From a virus (taxonomy: Duplodnaviria > Caudoviricetes): DNA of 64,000 bases. The DNA is taken from IMG/VR virus record IMGVR_UViG_3300038345_000144; one strand, given 5' to 3'. The position numbers and the translations under genes are program-made. The notes under the pieces are model-generated. The model did no database searches. It was not told the DNA's origin and saw only the letters and a list, made by a program, of their open reading frames with translations. Positions within the stretch are counted from its first letter, which is position 1. Each line of letters opens with the position of its first letter. Of this stretch, positions 18,855 to 28,966 are shown piece by piece.

Positions 18855-20768
18855 TTACTTTCTCAAGTTACAACAGTCGTCAGGATTAGGGTTAAACTGG
18901 GTGTTCCAGAACTCGTAAGCCTCGTCTTCATCTTCGCATACGGAGATTTCCTTAAAGCCCTTAATATTCTGGATTAACTCCTTCTTCTTTGCTAATGGAA
19001 GATGGTTATAACCACCGTGCTTAACCGTGTATGGAGTGAAGTCAATATCAAACCACTTCTTAATCCAAGTGTTGACTCTCAAGAACTCAACGATAATCTT
19101 ATCACACTTAATCTTTGCCAACTTATCGTAGTCAACAAATTCAGGAATAAACGGAGAAAGTCTTACCTGAACATCAAAACCACGCTCATAGAGTCTCTCT
19201 ACTGCCCAAATTCTTCTGCTCGGTAACGGTGCTTTCTCGTAGTCCAACTTCTTATAGAGGTCATCATCAAAACAAGTAATAGTTACCTGAATATGTGCAA
19301 GTTCGGGGTCAAGAATATCGAGATACTCGTCCCTACCAATAATATCACCCTTTGTAACAATGAGGTAAGGCTGACGCTTCTCGTTTAGAGCCTTGATTAT
19401 TTCATAAGTAACTCTCTTTTCCAACTCTAACGGCTGGAAGGGGTCGGTCATACCGCCAAGTCTGATAGCGGGCATACCTGCGGGAAGTTTAGCAATCTTT
19501 CGCTTTGCCTGCTCGATATTAGTAATTGCAGGGTCCTTCGGGTTCCACAACTTTCTAAAATCAAGTAATGACTTTGCATAGCAATTATGAGAAATTACAC
19601 CATTAGCCACAAAATTACGAGTTGTTGTAGTTATGTCTACCAAAGGTTGGGTATCTTTTAACTTTTTGATACTAACAATTTTTAAGTCGCCAGCATTAAA
19701 AGTCTTGAGGGCAATATTAGCAATTTCGCCTTCTCGATTACACTTGACACATTTAACGATATTGTTAAATCTGATGCTTTCGGATAAGCCTCCTACTAAT
19801 CTTACCGTTTTGCACACACTATTTTTAGTCTTTGCTTCTTTATCAAAGGTATATGCAAATTCAAATGCAGTTAAAGCGTCCGTATATTCTTTAATTAGTT
19901 TGTCATCCGTATTATAAACTCTACGAATTAAAATATTAGAACTACCTTCGGCATCATATAAGCCCGCCAAAAAACCTCTTCTAAATTCACGGGTCTTTTT
20001 AGTATCTATGAGGTCATTGATTTCATCAAAGTTTTCTTTTGACGAAGTTCTTATTGCCATTACCGTATAGTGTTCTTTAGTGCTACGGTCAATCATCGGG
20101 AATTCAAACCAAGCAGGCTCAACCCCAAACCAAACTAAATAATCAAACACTCTATCCGTAATTGCTTCGTCTTTCAAAGCAAGTCTAAAATGATATTGAT
20201 TATCAGTATGTCTATAAGGTCTTTCTGGATAGTTATATTCCTGTAAGTTAGCGTCACCTAAAATAACACCTCTCAAGTAGCCCTTTTTGTAGTCGTCGGT
20301 CTCTTCAAAGAAAGGAACATCAAATAAAGTAGCAAATCCCATTAACTGATTATTTTCGGTAATATAAGGTCTTCTATTCTCCCCTGTCATTTCACCAGTT
20401 GTGTACTTCCAACCTCTATCAGTAAGCCACTGGTGGTCAGCAGAACAAATAAGTGTATTGCCGTTTGAGAGTTTAATCTTATATGCCTCTTTTGCCACTA
20501 TGTTTTTATTTGTTACAATGGATTTTGTAAACTTTTTATAAGTATTGCCATCGCCTTCAACAATACCATATATTTCATCACCCACCTCTATATCACCAAT
20601 AGTCTTAATAGACCCGTCATACATCAAAATTTGGGTGTCCATTGAAAGACAATAGGAACAATCGTGTTGGCATCCGCAACCGTAACTATCTAATCGTGTA
20701 GGATAATGACACTTACTACCCTCGTTGCCCTTAACTTCCTTGTAAAAACTCTTAAACTCTTTACCCAT
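18855..20768 (-). CDS. radical SAM protein, SplB/Rv2578c-like, containing an intein
   Basis: GCQHDCSY|intein|CYA; GGMTDPFQPLE; IVTKG. Confidence 0.88.
   Translation of the reverse strand: MGKEFKSFYKEVKGNEGSKCHYPTRLDSYGCGCQHDCSYCLSMDTQILMYDGSIKTIGDIEVGDEIYGIVEGDGNTYKKFTKSIVTNKNIVAKEAYKIKLSNGNTLICSADHQWLTDRGWKYTTGEMTGENRRPYITENNQLMGFATLFDVPFFEETDDYKKGYLRGVILGDANLQEYNYPERPYRHTDNQYHFRLALKDEAITDRVFDYLVWFGVEPAWFEFPMIDRSTKEHYTVMAIRTSSKENFDEINDLIDTKKTREFRRGFLAGLYDAEGSSNILIRRVYNTDDKLIKEYTDALTAFEFAYTFDKEAKTKNSVCKTVRLVGGLSESIRFNNIVKCVKCNREGEIANIALKTFNAGDLKIVSIKKLKDTQPLVDITTTTRNFVANGVISHNCYAKSLLDFRKLWNPKDPAITNIEQAKRKIAKLPAGMPAIRLGGMTDPFQPLELEKRVTYEIIKALNEKRQPYLIVTKGDIIGRDEYLDILDPELAHIQVTITCFDDDLYKKLDYEKAPLPSRRIWAVERLYERGFDVQVRLSPFIPEFVDYDKLAKIKCDKIIVEFLRVNTWIKKWFDIDFTPYTVKHGGYNHLPLAKKKELIQNIKGFKEISVCEDEDEAYEFWNTQFNPNPDDCCNLRK
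19584..20651 (-). mobile_element. intein (356 aa) with LAGLIDADG homing endonuclease
   Basis: Starts CLSMDT, block B CSADHQW, GYLRGVILGDAN and GFLAGLYDAEGS, ends NFVANGVISHN before C+1. Confidence 0.92.
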
Positions 20769-20770
20769 AT

Positions 20771-21046
20771 TTACTCCTTTACAATTTTGTTATCAGGATA
20801 TTTTTTATCTAACCACTTAAAGTAGGTCTTGAACATTTCGGCTAATCCCCAAGAAATAGAAATAAGACCTGCGATAATGCTAATTGCCATTAAGCAATAA
20901 ATGGCTACTTCAACCATCTTATCGGCAAAAGACCAGTCATCTACTACGAGTGCGAGCCAACCAGCCAAGAGCGAAAAGCCTGACGCTACAATTACTGTTA
21001 AAATGGTCAATAGTGTTGTAAGAAAAATCTTTAATCCCTTGCTCAT
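20771..21046 (-). CDS. small membrane protein
   Basis: Two hydrophobic helices. Confidence 0.6.
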   Translation of the reverse strand: MSKGLKIFLTTLLTILTVIVASGFSLLAGWLALVVDDWSFADKMVEVAIYCLMAISIIAGLISISWGLAEMFKTYFKWLDKKYPDNKIVKE

Positions 21047-21429
21047 TATGAATTTCCTCCTAACTCGTTTTTGAGCATATCGACAAATCCCTCTTCGGAG
21101 GAATGGTCGGTCATACTAAAGTAGAATTTACCCAGAACCAAACAATCAAGACTTACAGGGCGAGTAGTAAAAGGAAATTGCTCACCGTTAACTGTATATC
21201 TTTCTTTCTGGTCGAGAAATATAAGGTTATAGTTCCACTTGTTATCGTGAACCTTAATATACGGTATCTGTGTGGTATGAATAATCATATCCTGCTTGTC
21301 AACAATCCAATGCTCATACATCACACCTTTGTCTACAACTACTCGATTTGTGTCCTTGTCAGGGTCGTCCAACTCGTTAAGGTAGTAATCACCAATGTTG
21401 TATTCCGTAACTGATTTACCCTTTATCAT
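21046..21429 (-). CDS. hypothetical protein
   Basis: Coupled ORF. Confidence 0.6.
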   Translation of the reverse strand: MIKGKSVTEYNIGDYYLNELDDPDKDTNRVVVDKGVMYEHWIVDKQDMIIHTTQIPYIKVHDNKWNYNLIFLDQKERYTVNGEQFPFTTRPVSLDCLVLGKFYFSMTDHSSEEGFVDMLKNELGGNS

Positions 21430-21662
21430 ATTGTGTCCTCTTTATCGTTGTCCTTTGAACTAAATTCGGTCTTTACATTACAAAGGATAATTACCAGTAA
21501 GGTAATCTGAAATGCCTGTAAGTAGTCCATAGTTTTAGCACCCTCGATAAGGGCAGGCATAACATTATTCCAAACAAACATTGTAGGAAGAGCCAAAATA
21601 ACAGAGTGTATAACACTCAATCCAACCTTTAGTAATGCTGATGATAAAATTTTCTTTCCCAT
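21426..21662 (-). CDS. small membrane protein
   Basis: Hydrophobic; WN..MP motif. Confidence 0.6.
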   Translation of the reverse strand: MGKKILSSALLKVGLSVIHSVILALPTMFVWNNVMPALIEGAKTMDYLQAFQITLLVIILCNVKTEFSSKDNDKEDTI

Positions 21663-21664
21663 AA

Positions 21665-21892
21665 TTAGTCCTCTGCGGGTATTACTTCTTCCGTAGTTGC
21701 TACCAACTCAAAAGTAGTCATCTTTAACTGCTGGTCAGGGCGACACTTATTATGATAAGCAATAACCTTTCTTAACTGGGTAGGGTTTATATAGTATGTA
21801 TTTTTAGTGCTGGACCCCATCATTTCACGGATATTACCCTGTTCATCCGTTGCACAATATACAATCTTTGGCTTTGCTTTATCACTAATCAT
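21665..21892 (-). CDS. hypothetical protein
   Basis: RBS, upstream promoter. Confidence 0.6.
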   Translation of the reverse strand: MISDKAKPKIVYCATDEQGNIREMMGSSTKNTYYINPTQLRKVIAYHNKCRPDQQLKMTTFELVATTEEVIPAED

Positions 21893-22038
21893 ATAGAACC
21901 TCTTTCCTATATATAAATAAAAACACCCTTATTTTAACATATAAGAGTGTTTCTTGTAAATATTAGTCAACTTTTGTAATATGCAATATATTGCGTGTTA
22001 GATGCGTTTTTGGCACTTAACCTGTCATATCTTGCATA

Positions 22039-22371
22039 TTAAAGTAGTTCAACTATCTTCCAAAGTTTGATTGTTTCTGGGTCTAATCGGTAAACCGTAC
22101 AGATGTTTGACAGTCCATAGAACCCGTCATAATAGAGGTGCTGTCTTATCTCGGCATATTTACGGTCATCAATCGCCTCGTTACTTGCATAAATAATACT
22201 ATGCTCGGCATCAACCGTATCAGATACTATCAGCAATAGAACCTTCTTGTTTTTGTCATCAATCATTGACATTCTTCTGATTGACCTGATTTCCAACAAG
22301 CCTACATCGTCCAATTGTACTAAAGGTGTTGTTTTTTGTGGTTTTGCTTGAAATTTAACTTCAACTTTCAT
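22039..22371 (-). CDS. hypothetical protein
   Basis: AAGGAG RBS. Confidence 0.6.
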   Translation of the reverse strand: MKVEVKFQAKPQKTTPLVQLDDVGLLEIRSIRRMSMIDDKNKKVLLLIVSDTVDAEHSIIYASNEAIDDRKYAEIRQHLYYDGFYGLSNICTVYRLDPETIKLWKIVELL

Positions 22372-22433
22372 TTATGTTGTCTCCTTTTTGATAATTAAGC
22401 CCTCTGGCATATAGCCAGAGAGCCTGACATTAC

Positions 22434-23051
22434 TTAATACCATTCGTGATAGTAAATATCCTCGGAACCCTCATCAAAAGAACCGTCGGTATGCCCCCAC
22501 TTTTCTTCATCGTCTCCACGCTCGTCATAATCAAGCATAGCCCTAATCATATCTTCATTACACCAGTGAAATCCACAGTTTTCAATACAGCCGTCATAAG
22601 CGTCATATATCTCATCTTGTAGGTCATAAGCCTTACGCCAGTAACCAACCTCTTCGCCTATCCACATATAGCCGTCATAGGGTTCAGTCATACCATACTT
22701 ATCAAGTTGACTTCTTGGTATTGAAATCTCTCTACGCCCATAACGCCCATTCTTATATTTCCAGTTAAATGCCAAATCAATACTGTCCTTTTTATATCCA
22801 ATCATACCAATAGTAGCATTTTCAGGGATATTATGGGCTTCCATAATTTTCTTCATATCCAAGTCAGATTGGTCAATATAAGAAACCTCGGTTAAGATAC
22901 TCTCAAGGTCCTTAAAACTCGAATAATCTTCCTCAAAGTCTTTCTTTTTAACGAAGAATACTCCGTTACCTGTTCTACCTGTTTCAATCAAATTCTTAAC
23001 TTCGGCTTCAGTTGCCTTTCTACAACGATAAGCGTACATATCTAAACCCAT
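22434..23051 (-). CDS. phage protein of the MGLDMY..YWRK type
   Basis: MGLDMY...EVGYWRKA...YYHEWY. Confidence 0.7.
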   Translation of the reverse strand: MGLDMYAYRCRKATEAEVKNLIETGRTGNGVFFVKKKDFEEDYSSFKDLESILTEVSYIDQSDLDMKKIMEAHNIPENATIGMIGYKKDSIDLAFNWKYKNGRYGRREISIPRSQLDKYGMTEPYDGYMWIGEEVGYWRKAYDLQDEIYDAYDGCIENCGFHWCNEDMIRAMLDYDERGDDEEKWGHTDGSFDEGSEDIYYHEWY

Positions 23052-23493
23052 ACTGCGAGTCCTCCTATAAATTATTTTTCTTTACACCAAAATTTGCACC
23101 AGTCTTCGTAACAATGCGGATATGTAATTTTCTGGTTGGTTTTGGTGCAAGTACACTCCACTACTATCTTACCATCTTTTGATGATATTTGCTTATCTTT
23201 TTTACCACAATTGCAACAACATCTTGCTTCCATATTCATTGTTCTCCTTAAATAACAATAAATAAGCCCAACATAGATGTAGGCGTGGTAAGATTAACTT
23301 TCTGTACTGTAAAGTCCTTTAATTCCTCGTAAACAGCACTGTCAAAGAACTCGGCAATCGTCCCAAAGAATTTCGTATTCTTGTCAGCATCTACAATCTT
23401 AATAGGTGTATTTTCAGCACCATCACCAAGAAAGCAGTTGAGAAATTCTACCAATGAACAAAAGTAAGGTTTCTTCTTTATATTATTACTTCC

Positions 23494-24204
23494 TCAAATT
23501 TCATATTCTTTGATGCCTTCAAAAAGCATTTCATAGTTCCCATTCTGCCAGTCACCGTGGAAATGTCCAAACCACCACTTCTTAAATGAGAGGCGGTCAG
23601 CAATATCCTGCAACCACTTTTCAGTTGACTTATCTACACTCTCTTGGTCAATAAATGATAAAAACAAATGTGTAGGCTCTGTACTAATGGGACAGGTATG
23701 TGAAAGAACCATATCAACTGCCCAGTCATTATCAGCCAACTGTTTTTCAACATAAGCCTTAATCTCTGGAGTCGGTTGTTCGCTTTCCCACCAACCACCG
23801 CCTTGTGCAAGACGATACCATTTATCCACAGAATAAGCCCCTCCGATTACAACGGTCTTATAACCATTCAAATCATAGATTTCACCGTCTTTGGCAAATA
23901 TCTGGTTAGGATATTCTGGGTTAACATAGGTAATGCCCCCGAAATGTTCTTCCTCAACATAACCTTCTACAAGGAAAGGACGCTCTTCGTGATTTCCGTG
24001 TATGCAAAAGAAAGTAAGTGGTATGTCAGCCACTTTCTTTTTCATTTGCTTTGAGTATTTGGTGTCTTTACCGTCGTGGACATAGAAGTTTAACCCTGCA
24101 TCGCCCAAAACAATCATTACATCTTCTTTAGTTGTCTGCATACGCTCGGCAAAGTGGGCTAATCGCTCAAACTTTCCGTGTGTATCTCCTGTTATATAAA
24201 ACAT
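23494..24204 (-). CDS. calcineurin-like metallophosphoesterase
   Basis: GDTH, LGD, GNHE, SHT, GHFH motifs. Confidence 0.9.
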   Translation of the reverse strand: MFYITGDTHGKFERLAHFAERMQTTKEDVMIVLGDAGLNFYVHDGKDTKYSKQMKKKVADIPLTFFCIHGNHEERPFLVEGYVEEEHFGGITYVNPEYPNQIFAKDGEIYDLNGYKTVVIGGAYSVDKWYRLAQGGGWWESEQPTPEIKAYVEKQLADNDWAVDMVLSHTCPISTEPTHLFLSFIDQESVDKSTEKWLQDIADRLSFKKWWFGHFHGDWQNGNYEMLFEGIKEYEI

Positions 24205-24215
24205 TCAGTTACTCC

Positions 24216-24710
24216 TTATCCGTACTGCTTAATGAATTCGCCCACGCCAAGTTTTTTAATCATCTTTTTATTAAAGGCTGTTCTCTTATGATTAAGATAC
24301 AAAGTCTTAATTAACGCAATCAAAGGGATAACAGTAAAACCTAAATAGGTAAACCAAAAACTGGCATCAGTTTGGAGAGGTTCCTGTTTTACAAAAGAAA
24401 CCACAAATACTACGACACAAAATATAGAAAGTGTTAAAAATAGGGCAAGACCTATCGTGTAAATAAGCCCCTCTACCATACCCATCTGGTATTGTTCCGT
24501 CTTATAAATGGTTCCACAATCACATAAAGTCACTTCTTGACCTAAACGGTTACTATTGTGATGAAAATGTCTTGAACAACCACAAACAGGACACTTAAAT
24601 TGTTCTATTTCGCTTATAAGATTTTTATAATATGCCCAAGATTTAGCCTCTTTAAGCATTTGACTATATTCGGCAGTATGATTAGCCTTTGTAATCTTAA
24701 TTTCACTCAT
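24216..24710 (-). CDS. zinc-ribbon membrane protein
   Basis: CPVC..CDC plus two TM segments. Confidence 0.6.
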   Translation of the reverse strand: MSEIKITKANHTAEYSQMLKEAKSWAYYKNLISEIEQFKCPVCGCSRHFHHNSNRLGQEVTLCDCGTIYKTEQYQMGMVEGLIYTIGLALFLTLSIFCVVVFVVSFVKQEPLQTDASFWFTYLGFTVIPLIALIKTLYLNHKRTAFNKKMIKKLGVGEFIKQYG

Positions 24711-25249
24711 TTTTTGCCTCCATACTTTATCTGAAGTGTCTCAAGAATTTGAGACACTCCTTTTACTCTATAAAACTTTTGTAAGTGAAAATCGTCGAAA
24801 TTTAAGGTAACTTCATCGAGATAGCCGTCACACCCCATAGATGGCATACGCACATTTGACCAATCCTTACTCTTCGCCTTTAGCGTTTTCTTGATGTCTT
24901 CCCATTCTTGCTTATCCAACCTATGGGGGTGGCAACTGTTATCTACAAAATATGGCTCATCATCAACGCAATAAACCATATAATTACAAGTAGACCAACC
25001 ATCTTCTCCGTGATACCACAGAGTATAGTTACCTGTCTTTTCTCTATTTAACACTGTAAGTCCAATTTTGTCAATAGTTTTTAAGGTTTCAAAAAATTTT
25101 TCACAAAATTCCCAGTAAGGACAGTCTTGGCATTTCATTCCTAAAACATCGTCAGGACAATTTACCATTCCTGCCTGCCAAACTAATTGCATAGCCTCTG
25201 TGAGAGGTAATAATTCTCGTTTATCAGCCATCAATGTAGTCCGTAGCAA
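24707..25249 (-). CDS. hypothetical protein, paralog of 26953-27477
   Basis: LLP..EAM.LV...NCP...C..CPY..FC...LD.QEWED.K.TL shared. Confidence 0.7.
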   Translation of the reverse strand: MLRTTLMADKRELLPLTEAMQLVWQAGMVNCPDDVLGMKCQDCPYWEFCEKFFETLKTIDKIGLTVLNREKTGNYTLWYHGEDGWSTCNYMVYCVDDEPYFVDNSCHPHRLDKQEWEDIKKTLKAKSKDWSNVRMPSMGCDGYLDEVTLNFDDFHLQKFYRVKGVSQILETLQIKYGGKK

Positions 25250-25517
25250 CTATTTCTACTTTGTCAGCCGTGTAGAAATCTGTTTTAACTTTCTTTGCTT
25301 GTAGTTGTCTAACGCCCTGACCTGACACATAGATAGCCAGTGTAAGACAAACAACTCCAACGGTGATAACCGCATCCTTTAACTCTCTTTGTGAAACAAA
25401 CTTATATCCCAGAACAAAGATGATTATGCTGACCCCCAGCATAATTAAAGAAACAATAATTAAGTTATTCATTGAAGCGACCTTCTTTCTTTCTCTGCTA
25501 AAAGTTCTTGTTCCCAC
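25224..25517 (-). CDS. small membrane protein
   Basis: Two TM segments. Confidence 0.55.
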   Translation of the reverse strand: MGTRTFSRERKKVASMNNLIIVSLIMLGVSIIIFVLGYKFVSQRELKDAVITVGVVCLTLAIYVSGQGVRQLQAKKVKTDFYTADKVEIVATDYIDG

Positions 25518-25867
25518 TGGAGCCAGCCTGGTTTATCACAGGTTTCGCTACCATAATTATCGAACTGTCTCTGTAATCTACAACCGTCTAACAGAACACC
25601 AATATCCTTATCTTCCAACTGTGATAGATGTGGTCTAACAATATCTCTAATAAGACCTGGCATATATGTTTGTCTACCTTCACAATATCTAATAGCACAA
25701 ACCACTAATGCTCCAAATTCCTCACTTGTAAGTGTGATGTGGTCTTCTTCATATCGTCTAATAGTCTCACAGACATCAAACGCCTGAATATAATCCTGCC
25801 CATCACTTGACTCGGCAGTATGTAATTCTGCAATCCTTTTCATTAGGGGACTCATATTTGTAGCCAT
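25469..25867 (-). CDS. hypothetical protein
   Basis: AIRYC.GR.TYMP motif. Confidence 0.65.
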   Translation of the reverse strand: MATNMSPLMKRIAELHTAESSDGQDYIQAFDVCETIRRYEEDHITLTSEEFGALVVCAIRYCEGRQTYMPGLIRDIVRPHLSQLEDKDIGVLLDGCRLQRQFDNYGSETCDKPGWLQWEQELLAEKERRSLQ

Positions 25868-25931
25868 AAAAACACCTCTATTATATATAGTTTGTAATAT
25901 ATTATCATAATAGAGGTTTATTTGTAAAGAT

Positions 25932-26318
25932 TTATATAATCGTAAATCCTTTTCTTACCGCATCTACGACCTTATGAAGTTTTCTAAAGTTCTTAAAACT
26001 GCTTGCAGTTCCGTAGTAAGCCTTTGGTACTCCGTCAAAGTTGACAATTATTTTTAGTGGAGCATCGACCAAATGACTGACCTCCCACGATTTAGTGTAC
26101 TTGGTAATCTTATGAACCACCTTGTCATATTGCCATTGAGATACAGTAGGAATATGATGGTCTCTGCCATTATATGCGATTATCTTATCTCGGATAGCAA
26201 AAAGCATTAGTTCTTCAGTAACTTCATTATTACAACAGCCTACGGTTGTGTAGCAAAAATAGAACAAGAAGTCTTGTTCTTTCAATCTCTGCTGTATTTC
26301 TCCGTAGCCTATTTCCAT
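25932..26318 (-). CDS. hypothetical protein
   Basis: ORF with RBS. Confidence 0.55.
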   Translation of the reverse strand: MEIGYGEIQQRLKEQDFLFYFCYTTVGCCNNEVTEELMLFAIRDKIIAYNGRDHHIPTVSQWQYDKVVHKITKYTKSWEVSHLVDAPLKIIVNFDGVPKAYYGTASSFKNFRKLHKVVDAVRKGFTII

Positions 26319-26594
26319 TCATTATCCTTTGTGTTGGAGAATTGTAAAAATTCTTTAATGCTCCTATTATACACTATTATTGTTTTTCTATGTTATAAAT
26401 TTTGGATATATGTTACATTTACCTACCAAATCGCTCTTTGTTAATTATCATTTCCCTTTCATCGTAGACTTCTTTAAGCATTGGACACTCTTCCATATAC
26501 TTGCATAACCTACAATCAGTAGCCCAGTTACAGTCGTTTTCGCCTTTCTGGTGAGATACAAAACTCATACCTGCTAATATGTCGTCTCTATACA

Positions 26595-26972
26595 TCAGTC
26601 TTTATCCTCCAAATAATCAACAATGTCTATTGCCTGCATCAAGATTTCTTCAAATGATACTCCACCAAACCACTCGGAGCCTTGTACTCTAAAACGAGTA
26701 AACTTGTTTTGTACCCATCTTTCAGCCTTCTTCTGTCGAACTGGGGTACTAACAGCAACTCGGATGAACTCACTGCCCCCCGAATTGCTATGTCCCAAAC
26801 TGTTAATTCTTTGAGCAATATTCTTTGACCTGCCTACCTTAATCATATCGTGAGAGTTCTCAATGATGTAGATATAGTAGGCATTGTCCAGTCTCGGAAG
26901 TTGCTTAATGTCCTCTAAATGAGGCTCAAACCTTTGAGTATAGATAGTAAAATTAGCCATTTTTACCTTCAT
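26595..26972 (-). CDS. GIY-YIG-like (T5orf172/MUG113) domain protein
   Basis: YIYII....IKVGRSKN..QRI....E....F...R...EWF. Confidence 0.8.
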   Translation of the reverse strand: MKVKMANFTIYTQRFEPHLEDIKQLPRLDNAYYIYIIENSHDMIKVGRSKNIAQRINSLGHSNSGGSEFIRVAVSTPVRQKKAERWVQNKFTRFRVQGSEWFGGVSFEEILMQAIDIVDYLEDKD

Positions 26973-27477
26973 AAATTTTAGTCAATAAAGTTTCGACATC
27001 CATACACTGGTAGAATGTCTGTCCGTTAAAATCCCCAAAGTTAAGGGTAACTTTACTTTCAGGAAAATCGCATCCCATAGGTGGAACATACACCTTTGAC
27101 CACTCTTTACTCATCGCTGTTAGGGTTGTCTTGAGGTCCTCCCACTCTTGCATATCTAACTTGTGGGGCTGTGTCATCGCAGGTCTACCGCCCACCAAAT
27201 AAGGCTCTCCGTAATATAGATATATCATAAAAGAGTTACTTGTCCAACCGCTTTCCATTTCATAATACAAAGCATAGTTGTCTGTTGCCGTTCTATTTGA
27301 TGGGGTAAGGGCTATTTCTTGGATAATGTCATACGCCTCCTTCAATTTATTGCAGAATGGCTGATACGGACACTTCTTACAGGGTAAATGTCTTACCTTT
27401 TCAGGGCAGTTTGCTTTTTCAAGTGCCTGTATTACTAACTCCATAGCCTCTGATACAGGCAATAAATTATTATCCAT
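26953..27477 (-). CDS. hypothetical protein, paralog of 24707-25249
   Basis: Shared motifs. Confidence 0.7.
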   Translation of the reverse strand: MDNNLLPVSEAMELVIQALEKANCPEKVRHLPCKKCPYQPFCNKLKEAYDIIQEIALTPSNRTATDNYALYYEMESGWTSNSFMIYLYYGEPYLVGGRPAMTQPHKLDMQEWEDLKTTLTAMSKEWSKVYVPPMGCDFPESKVTLNFGDFNGQTFYQCMDVETLLTKIYEGKNG

Positions 27478-27487
27478 TTATAGTTCC

Positions 27488-27706
27488 TCAATATATCATA
27501 ACTTGGTCACGAAGAGTCAATGGAGTATCTCTATGTGATAAAATCATTCCTGACTTAACTTGCTTTTCAATTGTCAATTTAGTATCAGGCTCGCCACATA
27601 AACCTCTGTATATTACTTCTGCTTCCTTCTTTGAAGAGGCATAGATAAATCGAGTTTTAGTTGTTGTGCCTGTTGGGAGTGTCTTTGAAACGATATAGAT
27701 GTTCAT
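27488..27706 (-). CDS. hypothetical protein
   Basis: RBS. Confidence 0.55.
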   Translation of the reverse strand: MNIYIVSKTLPTGTTTKTRFIYASSKKEAEVIYRGLCGEPDTKLTIEKQVKSGMILSHRDTPLTLRDQVMIY

Positions 27707-27721
27707 ATGTTTCCTTTCTTA

Positions 27722-28234
27722 TTAGGTCATTGGAATATTTCCAACTACCGTTCCCTCATAGAAATGATATTCATTGTCCCAGTTACCTGTATAATCAGAC
27801 TCTAATGTATGAACACCAACAAAACCAAACTCCTTTAAGGCTCCCTCAAGGAACTTTACACCTGCGTCTACCATAGCAACATAGTCATCATTCTCAAACT
27901 GAATATAATCAGGAAAACAGCCACAATTATCAATTTCAATACCGTCGGTCTTAAAGTCAATCACTATTCTTTCTGTATCACATAAATAAGCCGAAACGCT
28001 AACGCTAATCTGGTCAATAGTTTCTAACTCTTTTGTATGATTAAGGTGATTTTCAAGTGCCTTAAATAATTGAGTCTGAAAATCTCTTGAATATACTTTC
28101 TGTTCCATTTTTTCTCTTAAATTATTTAAGAACTGGGACTTTTCCTTATTTTCTTTTGTTATTGCAAACTTCTTATCGTCCCTCTGTTTAACCAAACTGC
28201 TCATTAACTCTTTTGATACTTTTTCTCTAAACAT
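27722..28234 (-). CDS. hypothetical protein
   Basis: AAGGAG RBS. Confidence 0.65.
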   Translation of the reverse strand: MFREKVSKELMSSLVKQRDDKKFAITKENKEKSQFLNNLREKMEQKVYSRDFQTQLFKALENHLNHTKELETIDQISVSVSAYLCDTERIVIDFKTDGIEIDNCGCFPDYIQFENDDYVAMVDAGVKFLEGALKEFGFVGVHTLESDYTGNWDNEYHFYEGTVVGNIPMT

Positions 28235-28399
28235 ATCATACTCCTTTATTCTGTTCTTCAGTATTGACCGTGATGTTAATTAGATTACCGTGAGGATTAA
28301 AATGTTCGTCAATAGCATTTCTGCCGTCCCAAAGTTCATAACCAAAGAAAGTTTTGACCCTATATAAAGGACACGGGTAATCACTAATCTGCTCAACAA

Positions 28400-28963
28400 T
28401 CATTCACTCTTCTCCTTTACAGAACCATATCTAATCTGTTTTGCGGGCTTTTCAAGTATAGCACAAATCGGCAAACTTACAACGATAACGAAAGCATCTG
28501 CTACGAAAGATGTAAAGTTCTTTGCAATTCTTACCGCAATAGGCTGGCTTACGATGAAGTGGTCGATTACAGACTTGACCAGTTCAATACCAATAAATGT
28601 AACAACGATTGCTACGATTGCCGTAAGGATAACCTGCACTGCCTTATTATTGATTTTCTTAATAAAGGGAAGTGTAAGACCAATACCCACACCGATAACA
28701 ATATTACCTACCGCCCAACCAGGCAGACCATTAAAGCCCAACTGTCCGATAAGACCATAAAGCAGTGTGCCTAAAAAGCCGATGATAGCACCATCATACC
28801 ACTTAAAGCACCATACATATACCGTCATAACGACATAGCCCAAGCAGAGATAATAGTTCTCAAATACGGGTACTCGGAGGCACATAGATAATACTACAAA
28901 GAGTGCAATACCTATTGCCAGAAATGTAATAGTTCTGATTGTTTCTTTACGCTTTGTATTCAT
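28400..28963 (-). CDS. ECF transporter S-component
   Basis: ITFLAIGIALFVVL...P....Y..LG; about 5-6 TM helices. Confidence 0.8.
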   Translation of the reverse strand: MNTKRKETIRTITFLAIGIALFVVLSMCLRVPVFENYYLCLGYVVMTVYVWCFKWYDGAIIGFLGTLLYGLIGQLGFNGLPGWAVGNIVIGVGIGLTLPFIKKINNKAVQVILTAIVAIVVTFIGIELVKSVIDHFIVSQPIAVRIAKNFTSFVADAFVIVVSLPICAILEKPAKQIRYGSVKEKSE

Positions 28964-28966
28964 AAG

